A stretch of 64,000 nucleotides of DNA from Podarcis cretensis (lineage: Eukaryota), in NCBI GenBank assembly GCA_951804945.1, contig OX638156.1, forward strand, positions 38,626,001 to 38,690,000, read 5' to 3'. The position numbers and the translations under genes were made by a program. Position 1 is the stretch's first letter. The number at the start of each line of letters is the position of its first letter. The notes beneath the pieces were generated by a model, which had not been told where the DNA came from, ran no database searches, and saw nothing but the letters and a program-made list of their open reading frames with translations. Below, piece by piece: positions 23,270-37,300 of the stretch.

Positions 23270-23910
23270 TCTTTTTAATCCAGAAAAACTTTTGACAGAA
23301 ACTCATGTGGTACCTTTGTTGACAAGATGGTAAAATGTGGGCTGGATTATAATTGTTGAATGGATCCACCGCTGGTTGAGCAACCATATCCAACGGGTGT
23401 TCATTGATGGCTCTATCTACCAAGAAAGAGGTCTCAATTGTCAGGGCTGTGTTCCTGGGCTGTTAAACACCTTTATAAACTACTTTGATTCAGGGGGTGT
23501 TTATCAAGATTTGCAGATGGCATGAGACTGAGACTAATTATAGCTCTCACTTTAAAAGATAGAATCAAAATTCAAAATGATCTTGAGAGGCTGGAACACT
23601 AGGTTACAAATAAGTGAAATTCAACTGAGATAAACATCAAATCCTGCATTTAGGTACCAAAAAAGAGCCAGATTTAGGTTGGGGTGGGGACCTAGCTTGG
23701 CAGTTGGGCATGTGAGAATTTAGGTTTCTTAGTCAATCACAAGCTAAACATGGACCTACAGTGCCGTTTTGCTGATATATAAGCAAACACAATCTTCAGC
23801 TTAAATTAACACAAGCATGGTGTCCACAACATGGGGAGTAAAAGTTCTGCTCTGATTGCTGGTCAAGCCACATCTGGAGTACTGTTTCAGTTCTGGGTGT
23901 CACATTTAAA
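23270..23910 (+). mobile_element. Degraded CR1 LINE RT fragment
   Basis: Decayed CR1 RT motifs (FD..., KCGLD...WI..WL..QRVFIDG, FAD, HLEYC.QFW) with stops and frameshifts; boundaries approximate. Confidence 0.7.
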
Positions 23911-25299
23911 TTACATTTACCATCTTGCATTTTTAGCCTCCCTTTCCACCAAGGAGCTCAAGGCAGCAGACATGGTTGCTCCTTCCCCTATTTTATCTTC
24001 ATAATAACTATATGAGGTAGGTGAGACTGGGATATAGTGGCTGACCCAGGGTGGGGATCTGGCCCTACCCACCACTGACATGTGGCCCTCAAAAGGTTGC
24101 CCAGAAGATGGTGTAGTTCAGGCTGAAAAAGGTTCCCCACTTCTTCTGTAGGTGCAAACAAATCTTACTTTGGAGCAAAGTTCATGATGCCTGTCAGCCA
24201 CCACACTTCTTGGTCTGCCTTATGTCAGTTTTCATGAACCAGCCCTGACCCAGATGGGAATTCCCTGTTTCCCAAAGTGATGGTATCTCTAAGAATGATG
24301 CCACAAGCCACTGTGTCTCACTGATGCAGTGTGGGGTAGGCATACTTGGCTTTGTTGAAATATTACATGATGAGGGGAAGATACATTTGGATTGGATCTG
24401 TATCAACAGTAGGCTCAAGTGTTGGGGAAGGGGGAGGGGACACTGGAACAGTGGTAACCCAATAAAAGCAGAGTGCTTCAAAACTGGGATGCCTGTCTGT
24501 GGCAAAGAGCTAGCCCAGGATGGAGAAGATGTATTTTTCTTCTTTGTTTTTTGTGCAGTTGGGAAAATATAGGGCTTAGCTGTTCAATGGTGAGTTCCTA
24601 AACTGGAGGAAGAGGATCTTGTTCTATGTGAAGTTGGGGCTTTATGAAAATACATTCCCTCCAACTTAATCATGCAAAGCTTCCCAATTTGGCTTTTTGG
24701 TTTTTAACCTAGTGCACCACTAAAAATTAATCTTCAACTTTCTTCATATGAAAACTGCTGAGCTTCTCTTGGTCTTGCACCTAAGGACTCTCTGTGTTTC
24801 ACCTAAAAAGATACAACGGCGTACAGATGGATGCATTTTTTAAAATGGGGATGGAGCAGTGGTCAACCATTGCATGCTTCTTTGTCCCAGCAGTAGGAGG
24901 TGCAGCCTAAAACTTGCTTCAGCGCACAATAGACTGGAGTCTCCTTTGTTCTCCACCCCCCCCCGACATTTCATCTGAATACTGTCCCAAGATGCAGGCA
25001 ACTTTAGGGACGGGGGGGGGGGGCTTTCTCCGCTCTGGAGGAACCAGGAGCCTCTTATCCAGCTGAGGATGGCGACCCTGCTGTGCTTTACAGATTGCCC
25101 GCAACTTTACGCCATTTTTGGAGCCTACGAGTTTACAAAAACGGATGGCAACATTACAGCGGACAACAATCACATTACTTACTTTTTTAAAAAATGTGAA
25201 CAGTCAGTGACAACCGAAGTCGAGCTTTCGTTCATTTATTACATTAACATATTTCCTTTCCTGCAAGTTGCTAGGGGGCACGGTGCCGGCACTCCTCCC

Positions 25300-26120
25300 C
25301 ATTTTCTTCTCCGTAATAGGCTGGGGTGAGAGACCCACCACGGAGCAGCTTCATAGGTCAGCGGAGTTCACCATGTGCAACGGTTCCACCACTTCGGCAG
25401 AAGCCTTACGAACGATCCCGCCAACAACAGCGACTCGATCGGTCCCTCGTTGCTTCCCAAAAGGTTTTTAAGATTTATTTTGCACTTTCAGGTATGCAAA
25501 AATTAATGCAAGCTTAAAGTATTATTTTTAATAAAGTAGCGGGAAGCTGCCTCGAGAATATGCGCCCCGCCCCCCGTAGCACTGGCAGTTCCTTGGCGAG
25601 CAGCGCGCACAAAACTCCCACTATCCAAAAAACTGCGTCCAGGATGTGCAGAGCAGCATTAACGCCGCCGCAGCTTAGGAACTGCACACTGCGCCTGCGC
25701 GTCGCAGAAGCTTTTCTTCCCCCCCCGCATCCCCGCCTCTCTGTCTCGGACTAGCACTCAAAGATAGCGGAGTGCGCTTGCGCGGACTCCGTAACCCCGC
25801 CCCCCGATTCTGATTGGCCGCCGCGCGGCTGATGTACGGCACCAGGTGCGCTGCTGTCGCGCGGTCCGGCCGTAAAGCGCAGGCGGGAAATCAAGGAAGG
25901 GAAGGGAGAAGGTCGCGCTCCGGAGGGGAAGCCGGCGTAAGTGAGGCGGCCCTTGAGTCGGCCCAGGCCTCGCCTGCCTCCCTTTCCCCTGAGCCATGTT
26001 GGGCGTGGCATGCTAATAAGCCCTGCGTGGGCGGGGCCGGCGCATGCAAACGAAGGCTGTGGAGGCGGGGCCGTTGCATGCAAATGTGGCCCCAGGGTGG
26101 GCTGGTGGGTTGCGGCAGGT
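25300..26120 (+). promoter_or_regulatory. PDPR: CpG-island promoter of PDPR
   Basis: CpG-dense; NRF1-like TGCGCCTGCGCG (25690-25701) and TGCGCTTGCGCG (25773-25784), GC box CCCCGCCCCC (25795-25804), inverted CCAAT ATTGG (25813-25817). Confidence 0.85.
25860..25936 (+). other. PDPR: PDPR putative non-coding exon 1 (start approximate)
   Basis: Consensus donor GGC|GTAAGT at 25937 inside the CpG island; next acceptor ttccag| at 28049. Confidence 0.65.
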
Positions 26121-26289
26121 GTGCCCTTTGCTGCTGGGGCAGAGCAGTCTTGCCCTCTCCCCACCTACAGAAATCTAGGCCTACTTTGCAAGGTGGTTGT
26201 TGCTGGCCATAACTCTGGAGTTCTTGAATGATTGATAAATTCCTCTTCGAATGTTAAGTTGTTGTTGTTTTGATTGTTAGATACTTCAG

Positions 26290-26495
26290 GGTGAGGAGAG
26301 TGTTGGACTGAGACTGATGAAGACGACCCTGGTTTGAATCCCTCCTGCCACGAAGCTCCCTGGGTGACCTTGGAGCACTCACAAACTCCCAGCCTCACCT
26401 ACCTCGCAGGGTTTGTTGTGAGGACAAAAGAGGAGGAGAGCCACACATTGCCGCCTTGAGCTCTTCTGAGGAAAGGTGGAACGTGAGTGTAATAA
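26290..26495 (+). mobile_element. tRNA-derived SINE (Squam3/MIR-like)
   Basis: gagtgttggact...ggtttgaatcc (B-box-like)...gggtgaccttgg...cctacctcgcagggtttgttgtgagga...ttgagctc; related copies at ~61930-62100 (+) and ~23920-24060 (-). Confidence 0.65.
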
Positions 26496-28110
26496 TCAGT
26501 AGCTGGCTTGGAGTGTTTGTCCTCCAGTTATAGGATCCTGGAGATGGAAGGATCAAAAATCCCGCTGTTGCAGGGAACCCGTTATTTCAGCATCCCTGTT
26601 TGGTGGCCACCCAGCCTCTGTTAAAAAATCTCTTGTGGAAAAGGCCACCAATTTCTGAGACAATCTGTTCCACTGTTGGACAGCTTGTACAGCCAGGAAA
26701 TACTTCCTCATGTTTAGGTGAAATTGCCATTCCTGCAATTTGAACTTGTGAGTCAGATCTTTCCCTCTAGAACAAATTAGAATAAATTTGCTCCTTCACC
26801 TCTGTAGCAGCTGTTCAAACATTTGAAGATTGCTATCATATTGCCCCTTAGTAGTCTCAGTGCTAAAAAAAATACACAACTCTTGCAGCCTTCTTCATAG
26901 GGCTCTGAACATTTTTGTTCCATGCCCCTCCCCAATGTTCTAGCTTGTTGATAGTCTTTTATTATTTCCGGCTGCTCTGTATCTTTTCCAGGTGGTCAGC
27001 AATCTTCTTCGTGCTCCAGATGTGGTCGTATCAGTGCTGAAAAGTGGGGTATGTTTATTTATTTCACCCAAGCCCTGGAATATTCTTTTCTCAGTGACAT
27101 AACTTGACATGAAATTGTGTCGGAGCACAATGGTTCTCCTTTGCCTGTGCCTTTGATGTGGTATGTGAAGTGTATAATATCTCACGTGGGGCGGAAAGGG
27201 TTGGGTTGAGAAAGATAGTACTGGGTTTTCTAGATGTTGCTTGTGGGGCGGCATTTAACGGGCTGCAGTCTCCTGTCTTTGTGTTCTTGACTTTGGCAGA
27301 TACAGCTTTTCTGTAACTAGTTCTTCCCCATTGCCTTTTTAAAAACAGCATTTTTGCCTTTCAAATCTCAGTGTATGATTTCCTGATAGCCTGCTTAAAT
27401 TTTAACTGAACAAAAGCAAGAATGTAAAAATTAAAAACATAACTTTATTTTTTATCATTTCCTTGTTATGCTCTACTATTGGAGTACTAGGTAACAGTGG
27501 TTCGGTATGTTCAGTATTAAAAAGCATTTGTTCTGTATGTGCTGTAACCAATTTAATTAATGGACCATGGCAACACAGTTCCCCACCCAGCCAAAAAAAG
27601 ACCTTTTGTTTGCAGTCTGTTGATGCTAAATACAAATTCAGTATTTTATGTCAAGCAATTCAGCATTTGAACAGAGTTGGACTTCCTGCCTGGTTTTTAT
27701 TTATTAATTAATTAGGGAATTGCTATAATTCTGCAAGTGTTGTTACGCAAAATAAAATAAAAAATCCATGCATCATTGGCTTTCTCTCACATATTTTTCA
27801 GTGATGTTCAGTTTGTGACAGTGTGTCCTTTGCAATGATCATCTTTTGCAGCAGGACCTGAAATCACCTCTGCCTAAGGCTATGGGTGGCTATTGTCTGC
27901 CTGGGTTTACAGAACCTGGCTGAGGGAACTTTTGCTCCATGTCAGTTACCTCTGTATAAGTCAAGGAGATTGTGATGCTGGCTGATGTCGTTTTAAGCCA
28001 TGATACAGTTTTGCAGATTGATTTTGCATAATAATGTTATGTTTTCCAGAAATAGCAACTCTCGGGATTTATCTGTGGGGCTCAGAAAGGGCTAAAGGAC
28101 CCTCATCAAG

Positions 28111-28337
28111 ATGTTCCTCCGGCTCTTGTCTGATGTCCGGTGGCAAAGAGCTAGCCCAGGATGGAGAAGCATGACCAGCTCCCGGCACAGTAGCACAACT
28201 GGAGCAGAACCTCACCTGACCCCTTTGCCATCACATGCACAGGTGGTTATTTGTGGGGGTGGAATCATGGGCACATCAGTGGCATATCACCTCTCCAAAC
28301 TCGGGTGGAAGGACATCGTCTTACTGGAGCAGGGCAG
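28111..28337 (+). CDS. PDPR: PDPR first coding exon (exon starts 28050)
   Basis: MFLRLLSDVRWQR...VVICGGGIMG...LLEQGR; GGCAG|gtaagt. Confidence 0.95.
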
Positions 28338-31300
28338 GTAAGTAGTTTTTTTCCCCCTTTGCAAAAGAAAATAGGTGTTTGAAGCAGCAAGTAATGCTGT
28401 GTGGTGGAACTGGGAAGGTCTTGTAGCAAAAGTAAAGTGTACACACACCTGTTAGCTAACTGTAAGATTCAAGCTGAGAGTTTATCTACATCTTCAGAAA
28501 AAGCATTTGTATTTTCTGGAACTGTACTGCTTCAGGTTAGGACCAATATTCAGATGTTCTCCTCACTTAAAAAACAAAACAGGAACAGAACCTCTCCTTG
28601 CATGTAGAAACCCAGCATGGTGGGGAGATGACTGGACTCAGCTAGAACCCTTCTCTGACATTCTTCTTTTCCACAGGTAGCGGTCCTTGTTCAGTAATAT
28701 CTTCCCTACATCTGATAGCTTTCTTATGCAGCATCTTATCTTTGGAATTTGTTTCAAATTGATTTGTCTCTGTCTTTCATGGGGATGAGGAATTGGTGTT
28801 CCTTCAGTTGTTGTTGGACTCCAACTTGCATCAGTCCTAGGAAGCATGGCCAATAGTTAGGGTGATGGGAGCTGCAGTCCCAGCAACATCTGGAGGGTTA
28901 AAACCTACCTTTTCTGTTTTCCTTGCTTCTGTTTGACTCAGCATCTCATACCTTGTTTCGTTTCCTTTACTTGTGCTTCTCCCTGCAATGGGGGTATCTT
29001 TAAAGACTGTCTGGCTGGTTGAAAATACAGCTGCTGGGCTACTAACTGGGACCAAAAGTTGGGAATGTTTTCAGCTGGTGGCTTGGAGCTTTCTTTAAAA
29101 GCCTGTCGTGGCTTGGGACCTGTGTACCTGAGACAGCACCAGTTCTCACATAAACCTACCCATGTGTTGGGATGGGGCGGGGGGAGGCTACAGGAATGCT
29201 GACAGTCTGGGGGTTTTGTTCCTGAGCAGTTGGAATGCTTATAAAATTAAATACAGTTGCACCTGCTAATACTGGTATAACAGGCTTCATTGCTACCAGC
29301 ACAGAGTCAAAGTTTCTGTAGAATTTCTGCATGCTTATTAAAATCATAGGGTGTAGACTCATGGTTATCAAGCTGTCTTCTTACACTTGTAATCAGGGTA
29401 GTAAAAATATTCTAAAGGAGTGAATTCCCCCCCATTATTTCAGTGCATACTTAAGATTGCCTTTGAAGCTCTGATTTCTGCTGATTTGGTGTATGGATTC
29501 CTGGCATGGTTGTTATTCCAGATTAATTAACTTTTAGTACATTGGTGTGATCTCACCTGTGTGACAACAGGGTACACAAGGGTGATCGGAATGAAATGCT
29601 TGTCATAAGAACATAAAAAGAGCCTGCTTGATCAGGCCAATGACCCATCTAGTCCAGCATCCTGTTTTCACAGTGGCGATCCAGATGCCATTGAGATGCC
29701 TGCAAGCAGGGCTGGAGCATAACAGTACTCTCCTCTCTGGTGGTTTCCAGCAACTGGTATTCAGGAGCATTACTGTCCCCGACCATGGAGGCAGAGCATA
29801 GCCATCATGACTAGTAGCCTTCAATAACCCTTTCTTCTATGAATGTCCCATGTCTTTAAAGTATCATCAGTAGTGTTAGCTGCTAGTTTGGCATTAGAGA
29901 TCAGCATTGTGTATGTTGTCTGAGTTAGTCTTTAAGACTGAAAGAAGCCCTGCCAGAAACCATCCGGTTCCTTTACGTTTCCTTTGCCAAGGAATGCTGT
30001 CCTGACCCTGTGTGCTGGTATTGCCCTGTCAGTGGCATGCAAGAGCAAATGTTTGCCCTTCCTTTGGCTCTGGTGGCAGAAATTGCCTCCTTGCACTTGG
30101 GCTCTCCTTGTGAAATCTGGAATGGAAGGCAAAGCGTGCCTCTTGTCAACACACAGCTAAAAATATCCCCTGCCATATCTTAGTGGCACACTTGGGCTTT
30201 GCATGCTCAGCACCCAAATTGGGTTTCACAAACTCCATCCTTTGTAAAACCAACACACATTTGCTGACTGTGCCTCACTTCTTCAGAGGAGCGCATTTTG
30301 ATTTTGTTGTGTGCTGGGAAGAGCATGGAGGAAAGCAAGGAAAATGAGATTGGGATCTACTTAATGACACTTTATTTCACTTCATACAAACTTAGCACTT
30401 CATATGGAATTTAAAAAGAAGCTCCTGTTTTATGACTGACCATCTAAGTAAAGATGAGGTGTTCCTGGCAATCTTGAAACTGTGTGCTGTGAGAGTATGT
30501 GATTGTTTTTTGATACTTCTAATTGTTTTTTAAACGTCTTACATACATTTTTAAAATTGTATTGTATTGTTTTATCACTGATGTATTTGCCACACTGGGC
30601 CCCTTTTGGAGGAAGGGTGGGATGTAAAAATAATAACTAAATAAAGAGGATGGGGCTTGAGGATCCATCCAAATGCAGAGCTTGTAAAGCATGGTGCCTT
30701 CCTAAAAGTGAATAATTGTGACAGGTTTTCCAATAGAAACCAGCCCAAAGAAACAGAGCCTTTCAGTTGCCTTTCTTCTAGCCCCTGGCAGTGATTTCAT
30801 CCAGTCCAGGTCCCCAAAAGAAGAGGAGTAGAAATATCAGGCTCATAGTCGCTGGTATGGTTATGTAATCTATCTGGTTCCAGGCAGGAAGTAGCTTCTA
30901 CTGGCCTCGGTGGTCTGTGATCCCAGTGTACAGGCCATGCCACCTTTGTAACACTTGCTGGTTGCAAAGTGGGGAGGTCTCCTTGGGGGGAAATATTTTT
31001 CCTTTCTCCAGGATACTGCCCATAATCCCCACTAAGTGCTACAAGTTTCCTGACTGTGGGCTCAAGAAACTGCCTTCTGGGTGTACCCACAGAGTCTTAG
31101 GAAGTACAGGCAAAGGTGCAAAAGGCCCCACTCTTTAATTGGTGGAAAGCCTTGCCTGCTCCTCCTCTTCCCTGCCTGATTCCATAGGAAATGACTCCCT
31201 GGGCCAACCACACTTAGCTGGTGAGCCAATTGGCCTGACTCTGGGTATGGCAGCTCCATACTTTCTTAGGGAGCCCTCTGCCACTGACTCATGACCTCTC

Positions 31301-34300
31301 CTCTTGGGCCAAACAAGCTTCCAGAGTCCCCACAGACCCTCCTGGGTTTCCCTCTTTCAGGCTAGCTGCTGGTTCCACGAGATTTTGTGCGGGCATCGTA
31401 AGCACAGCGCGGCACCTGTCCATCGAGCTGAAGATGGCTGACTACTCCAACAAGCTGTATCAGCAACTCGAGCAAGAGACTGGGGTAAAAACGGGTAAGG
31501 AGGGGTCACCTCACTGAGCTTTGTGGCTGAGCAGGGGGTGGGGGAGTCAAACATTAAGCAATTCGCCATCCTGGCATTCTCCAGAAGGGTTGCAGATATT
31601 AGCCACCATTTGCACCCATCTGAAATGAACCCTTTCTGGGGCGTTCCTGTACTTGTTCCAGGTTACGTGAGGACTGGCTCTATCTCTCTAGCTCAGACGC
31701 AAGACCGGCTGATCTCCCTGAAGCGCATAGCCTCACGGCTCAAGTAAGTGTAAGAGGAACGAGGAGGAGGAGGAGGAGCACCAGGCATGTGCCAGCCTTT
31801 CTGGAGTAACTTGTAATCAGGGCCTGGCCAGTTGGTGCTGGTCTGTGTGACAGGGCCTTTTCAGTGGTGGTTCCCTGGTTGTGGAATGCCTTCCCCTAGC
31901 AAAGGTGCTCCTCCTCTGTCATTATTAACTTTAAGGAGGAATTTGAAAACATTCCTGTTTCCCAAGGCTTCTGGTAGCTGAAGAACGCTGTTCAGGCACC
32001 TCATATCATTGGATGAAGGAATGTTTTTAACTGCTTTTAGAATGTTTTTTTTTTTTAACTGTAACTGATTTTCAGTGTTTTTAATGGTAATTGTCTTTAA
32101 AATATTTGCTTTCTTTGCCACCCTGGGCTCCTTGGGGGAGGAAGAGTGGGATGTAAATTCAATAAATATAAATAATAGTAACTGGCCTTTGCTGTGTGTT
32201 TTCTCCAACAGGGTCATGGGGATCCCATGTGAGCTCATCCCGCCCAAGAGAGTGACACAGCTCCACCCGCTTCTCAACATCCACGACTTGGTGGGGGCCA
32301 TGTACCTCCCAGAGGATGCTGTCGTTTCATCAGCCGATGTGAGCCTCGCCTTGGCCAGCGCTGCCTCTTTGAATGGTACGGCCCGGCCATGACCTTTTGT
32401 CGGCAATACCACTTGAGTACGAACCTCATTGGGAGAGACATTGCTGAATTGTCTGCTGCTTACATTTCTAATCTGCAAAGTAGATTACAGCCTTTAGCGC
32501 ATCCTTCCCCAACTCCAGATATTTTGGACTACAGCTGATGGGAGTTGTAGTACAAAATATTTGGAGGGCAATTGGCTAGTGACTGGAGCTTTAGTGTGTA
32601 TTCCCTTGCAGGCATCCTGTATGGAAGCCTTCCCCGACCTGGTGCTCCTCACATGTTTTGGAGCAGCCATGCTGGCTATAACGGATATGAGTTGTAGTCC
32701 AAAACCACTGGAGGGCAGCAGGTTTGGGGGAAAGTGCTGTGTGAAGTAGGTCTCTGCTCCCATTTTTCTGAAGGGAGAATTGAGACTGAGGGCCGAACTA
32801 CATGTAACCAAGAACTTCGGCTGCTGCAGCTTCACGTCAGGGTCCTCCCTCTCACATCTCAAGAGGAGGGGCTGCAGTTCAGAAGCAGAGCCCATGTTTT
32901 GCATGCAGAAGGTCCAGGTTCAATCCCTGACATTTTCAGGAGGACTGGGAAATCCTGGAAAGCCGCTGCCTGCCAGTGTAAAGGAAGCTTCTTGTGTTCC
33001 TGGAAAACGGGCCTTCATAACGACATCAGCTCAAGTTGAGCTACACAGTGCAGAGGCCGAGGGGAGAGCTCAACATGGGACTGGTCCTTTGGGTCATATC
33101 ACTCTGCTCTTTGTAGCACGTATCTCAGCTTTACGACTGCCATCCTACACAACCCTTGCCTGGTGTGCAAGTCTCACTGAATTCAACAGGGCTGCTGTGT
33201 AAACACATAGGAATTGTTTGCAAGAAAGAGTGACTTGCCACTAGCCACACAGCGAGAGTGTGGCAGAGTCCTCTTTCCCACCCACTATGCTACATTTACT
33301 TTCAGCTTGTGTGAATGCTCTTGCATGGTCTACTCTTCCGTCCCGCTAGAATCCTCATGGTCCACTGGAACATGTTAAATGTGCAAAGCAAAGTTGTATC
33401 CTTCGGAGCTCTTCCACAGTGGAGGCGTGATTAACCCGCTGTCTGTTAACCTTGGAACATACCCACGAAGCTGCCTTATGTCAATTTGGGCCATTGCTCT
33501 GTGCCACATAGGATCATTTCTTGCCATAGGAAGGCACAACCTCGTGCCCTCTTAAAGTGTTGGACTACAATTTATACAGTGTGTTTTCCACAAATGCGTG
33601 TGGTTCACATTTTTTTTAAAAAATCTAAGTATAGTAGTACAATAATGATACCTTATAAAAAATATATTACCACTACAAATGTAGCACAACCCTCCCATCA
33701 ATTACCAGTTCATTTAACATATTTCAACATTTAAGTGAACATAAATCTCACCAGTAGGTCAAGTAGAAATAACCAATAATTTCACATCCAAAAGTTGCCC
33801 CAAAGTTGCTGGTTAGTACCTAGCAACCCCCATCTCCCAGTCCTTTATACCACAAGTCCAAAAGGCCAGAAGCTTCCCTTGGCCTTCCCCTTGAAGTAGT
33901 TGGCCATGCTGTCTGGGACTGCTGGGAGCTGTACTCCCAGCACCTCTGCATTGCACCAGGTTGCCTGCCCCATGTCTGCTCTGACCTATAGCAGCTCCCT
34001 AGCCAACTGGGGTCCTTTTGAACATGCCAGAGATTGAATGTGCAAACAAAGCAAGTGCTTGAGCTAGGGGCAAGTTTAAAAACCCTCCTCCTCTAAGGAC
34101 ATATGAAGTTGGCTTTTTTTGAGTCAGAGCAACGTCAACCAAATCCAGTGTTTTTTATAGGAATCCTCCCAGAAATTGACCAGTGGTCCAGTGTTGGCAC
34201 CCTGCTCTGCCTTCTGCCCACCCCCTGCTTTAGTGCCGTCTATGTTACGCTGATTGCTTCTGGGCTACAGCAGTCTGCTGCTTAATCTCTCAGCTCATCT

Positions 34301-37300
34301 GTGAGCATGCTGGCTTAATTGACACTCTTGATTTGTGCTTCCTGTAGCGATTCCACTTTGGCCAGGGCCAGGCAAGGGGCAAGAGAGGTGACAGGTCCAA
34401 TGGATCTACTCTGCAAGCAGCTTTTCTTTGGAGTGGGGAGCAATTGGAGGGGGTTGGACTTTAAGTCTCTTCCAACTCTACAGTTCTACGATTCTAATTT
34501 CTGGCTCCCTTTTCCGCTTTCTCCACCCAGGTGCCCAGATCCATGAGCGGACGAGTGTTATCCACGTCTTGTGCCAAAAGGGTTGTGTGGCTGGAGTGGA
34601 GACTGACAGAGGGATGATCGAGTGCCAGTATTTTGTTAACTGTGCTGGGCAGGTCAGGTGCCAATTGTATTGTGTGGCTGCTGTTGCCGGCATGTGTGTG
34701 CATTGACTCAACAACTGCTGTGAATGAACTCAGATTTCTTCTGATGCTTCTTTTTCAAGAGGTTCTAGGGAATATTTTCCAAATTAGCAAAAGGTTGTTC
34801 TCTCAAAAAGGCAAGCCTTTTGTGCTGGCGCACACACACCCACACCCACACCCACACCCAGACACCCTCAGGGCTTGCAGGGCTTTGTGTTCAACCTAGA
34901 AAATGGTTCTTGTTGGGTTTTTCCTTCCATGCTGCACCACATGTCTGGTGTGAACTGAGTCAGGGCAAACCTGGCTTCCTATGCTGACTGCATGGCTGTG
35001 GGATTGGTGGGAGGGAAGGATCCTGCACTTCCAAGTTGGGTATTTTAGTCTGGGCTATACGTAGTCAGTGCTTACCATTGGAATTGTGAGCTGCAGAATC
35101 AGCTAGTTTAGTTAATGGTGAATAATTTATTTTGCCTCTAGTCGTAGAGAAGGGCAAGAAGCTCTAAGGCACTAGTGCCAGCCTTTGCCAAGTGGGTGCC
35201 CTCCAGATGTTTGCGCAGGATCTCCTTGCCCGCTCTCATCTGGCACTTTTTCTGTCTCGCTTCCCTACCCCCTTCCCTGCAGTGTTACCTGGCATGTGAT
35301 CCCATTAAGCTACACGGTCGTGCAACCTGCCTTCTGCTTGAGCGCTAACTTCCCTGCCTTCGTTTCAGTGGGCTTACGAGCTGGGCCTTTCCAACGAGGA
35401 ACCAGTCAGCATCCCTCTGCACGCCTGTGAGCACTTCTACCTTCTGACCCGGCCCTTGAAGACGCCGCTAGAGAGCAGCACGCCAAGTAAGGACCCTCCC
35501 TCTGCACCCTCTCATAGACCCTTTTGCCTTTCACGCAGGCACTCATGGTCATTGCTCAGTTGCAGTGCACAAATTCTGGACTCAGGACGGGGGGTGGGGG
35601 TGGTGGTCTGGGAAAGGCCTTTGGCTGAGACAGAAGACAGCCCACGTCAGCCAGCCAGTGGGCTGTATTGGGTCTGGAAGACCCATGGCTGCTTTTAAGG
35701 AATTGGGGAGGAAATGAACAAGGAGGCATTGGGTTCAAAAGTTGTGCTTTGTACTTCTCTCTGGGCAGCTGTGGCATGTGGGGTTGCCTTTGCTTGCCCA
35801 GTGGCTCTTAAGCAGCTTTTGTAAATCAGGGGTGGGGAACATTTTTAGCCTGAGAGCCACTTTCCTTCTGGACGACCTTCTGGGAGCTGCATACAGAGTG
35901 GTGGGTGTGGCAAGAGTGGGCGTGGCCAGACACACACCATCCAGGCAAATCAGAGATGCTGTGGTAGTTAAAGGGCGCATGTTGGCCAGGATAGCACACA
36001 GCTCGGTAGCTACAGAAGAAAGGGGAGGAAGTTTTCGGGGCTGGTTGGGATGCCACATTCAGCTAAAGCATCGGTTTTGATAGCCCCTTGCAAACAGCCT
36101 GCCTTGTTCAGCTGCTACACCAGAGGAAAGACTTTTGGTCATACAGTGGTACCTCGGGTTAAATACTTAATTCATTCTGGAGGTCCGTTCTTAACCTGAA
36201 ACTGTTCTTAACCTGAAGCACCGCTTTAGCTAATGGGGCATCCCGCTGCCGCTGCACCACCAGAGCACGATTTCTATTCTCATCCTGAAGGAAAGTTCTT
36301 AACCTGAGGTACTATTTCTGGGTTAGCGGAGTCTGTAACCTGAAGCATATGTAACCTGAAGTGTGTGTAACCCGAGGTACCACTGTATTTATAAAAGCCC
36401 AAGAATCAGTGCAAGGTCGACTGTGCCTCCCCAAAGCAGGTAGGGTCTCTAGCTTTCTTCCCTGACTGAGCTTGCAGGGAGCCTTCTGCCCACATGCAAA
36501 CAATCACTTCTTTCCCTTCCTGTTACCCCCACTCCCCATAGCTATTGTGGACCCTGATGGGAGGATCTACATCCGCAGCTGGCAGGGGGGCATTCTTTCC
36601 GGCGGCTTTGAGAAGAACCCCAAGCCAATCTTCACGGAGGGCCGGAATCAGCTGGAGATACAGAACCTGCAAGAGGACTGGGATCACTTTGGTACGTTGG
36701 GTGGACCAGGAAAGGGGGGGTGTCCCCAAGTCCTCCAGATGCACCTTTCCTAGTATGAGACATGTTGGCTTGAGCAAAGCATTGTGTGAGTGAGTGAGTG
36801 CATGGCTTGGTGAGTGACACCTGCACTTCCTCTTTGCTTTTAGAGTTAGTTTATAAAGTTCTCCTCCCTTTCCCTGCCTTGGCTGGCCCACTCTGGGCAC
36901 ATTGTTGATTGGTGCTGTGAGCAGAAAGCTTTATTCTGGGCTCTCAACAAGTGCTACAAGCAACAGAGTCAACATCTGTGGGCTACTGTGTTTGTAAACT
37001 TGGAACTTTCTTGATGGTGATGGGGTGGGGGCAATGAGGGTTTGGGTATGCTTGCCCATCCCTCCAAATAGTGATTGTTCTGTCTCATCTTGGGGAGTAG
37101 AGCCACTTCTGAGTGCCCTTCTGCGGAGGATGCCAGATCTGGAGGCTCTGGAGATTGTGCAGCTGGTGAATTGCCCAGAATCCTTCACTCCAGACATGCG
37201 GTGCATCATGGGAGAGTCGCCCAATGTGCAGGGCTACTTTGTCCTGGCAGGGATGAACTCAGCTGGCACGTCTTTTGGTGGAGGAGCAGGCAAGTAAGTG

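Noticed and set aside
25832-28055. ATG at 25832 giving a spliced 36-codon uORF or an N-terminal extension of PDPR
   Set aside because: The ATG is only ~15 nt after the CCAAT box, so it is probably upstream of the TSS. After splicing it hits TAG immediately and is out of frame with 28111.
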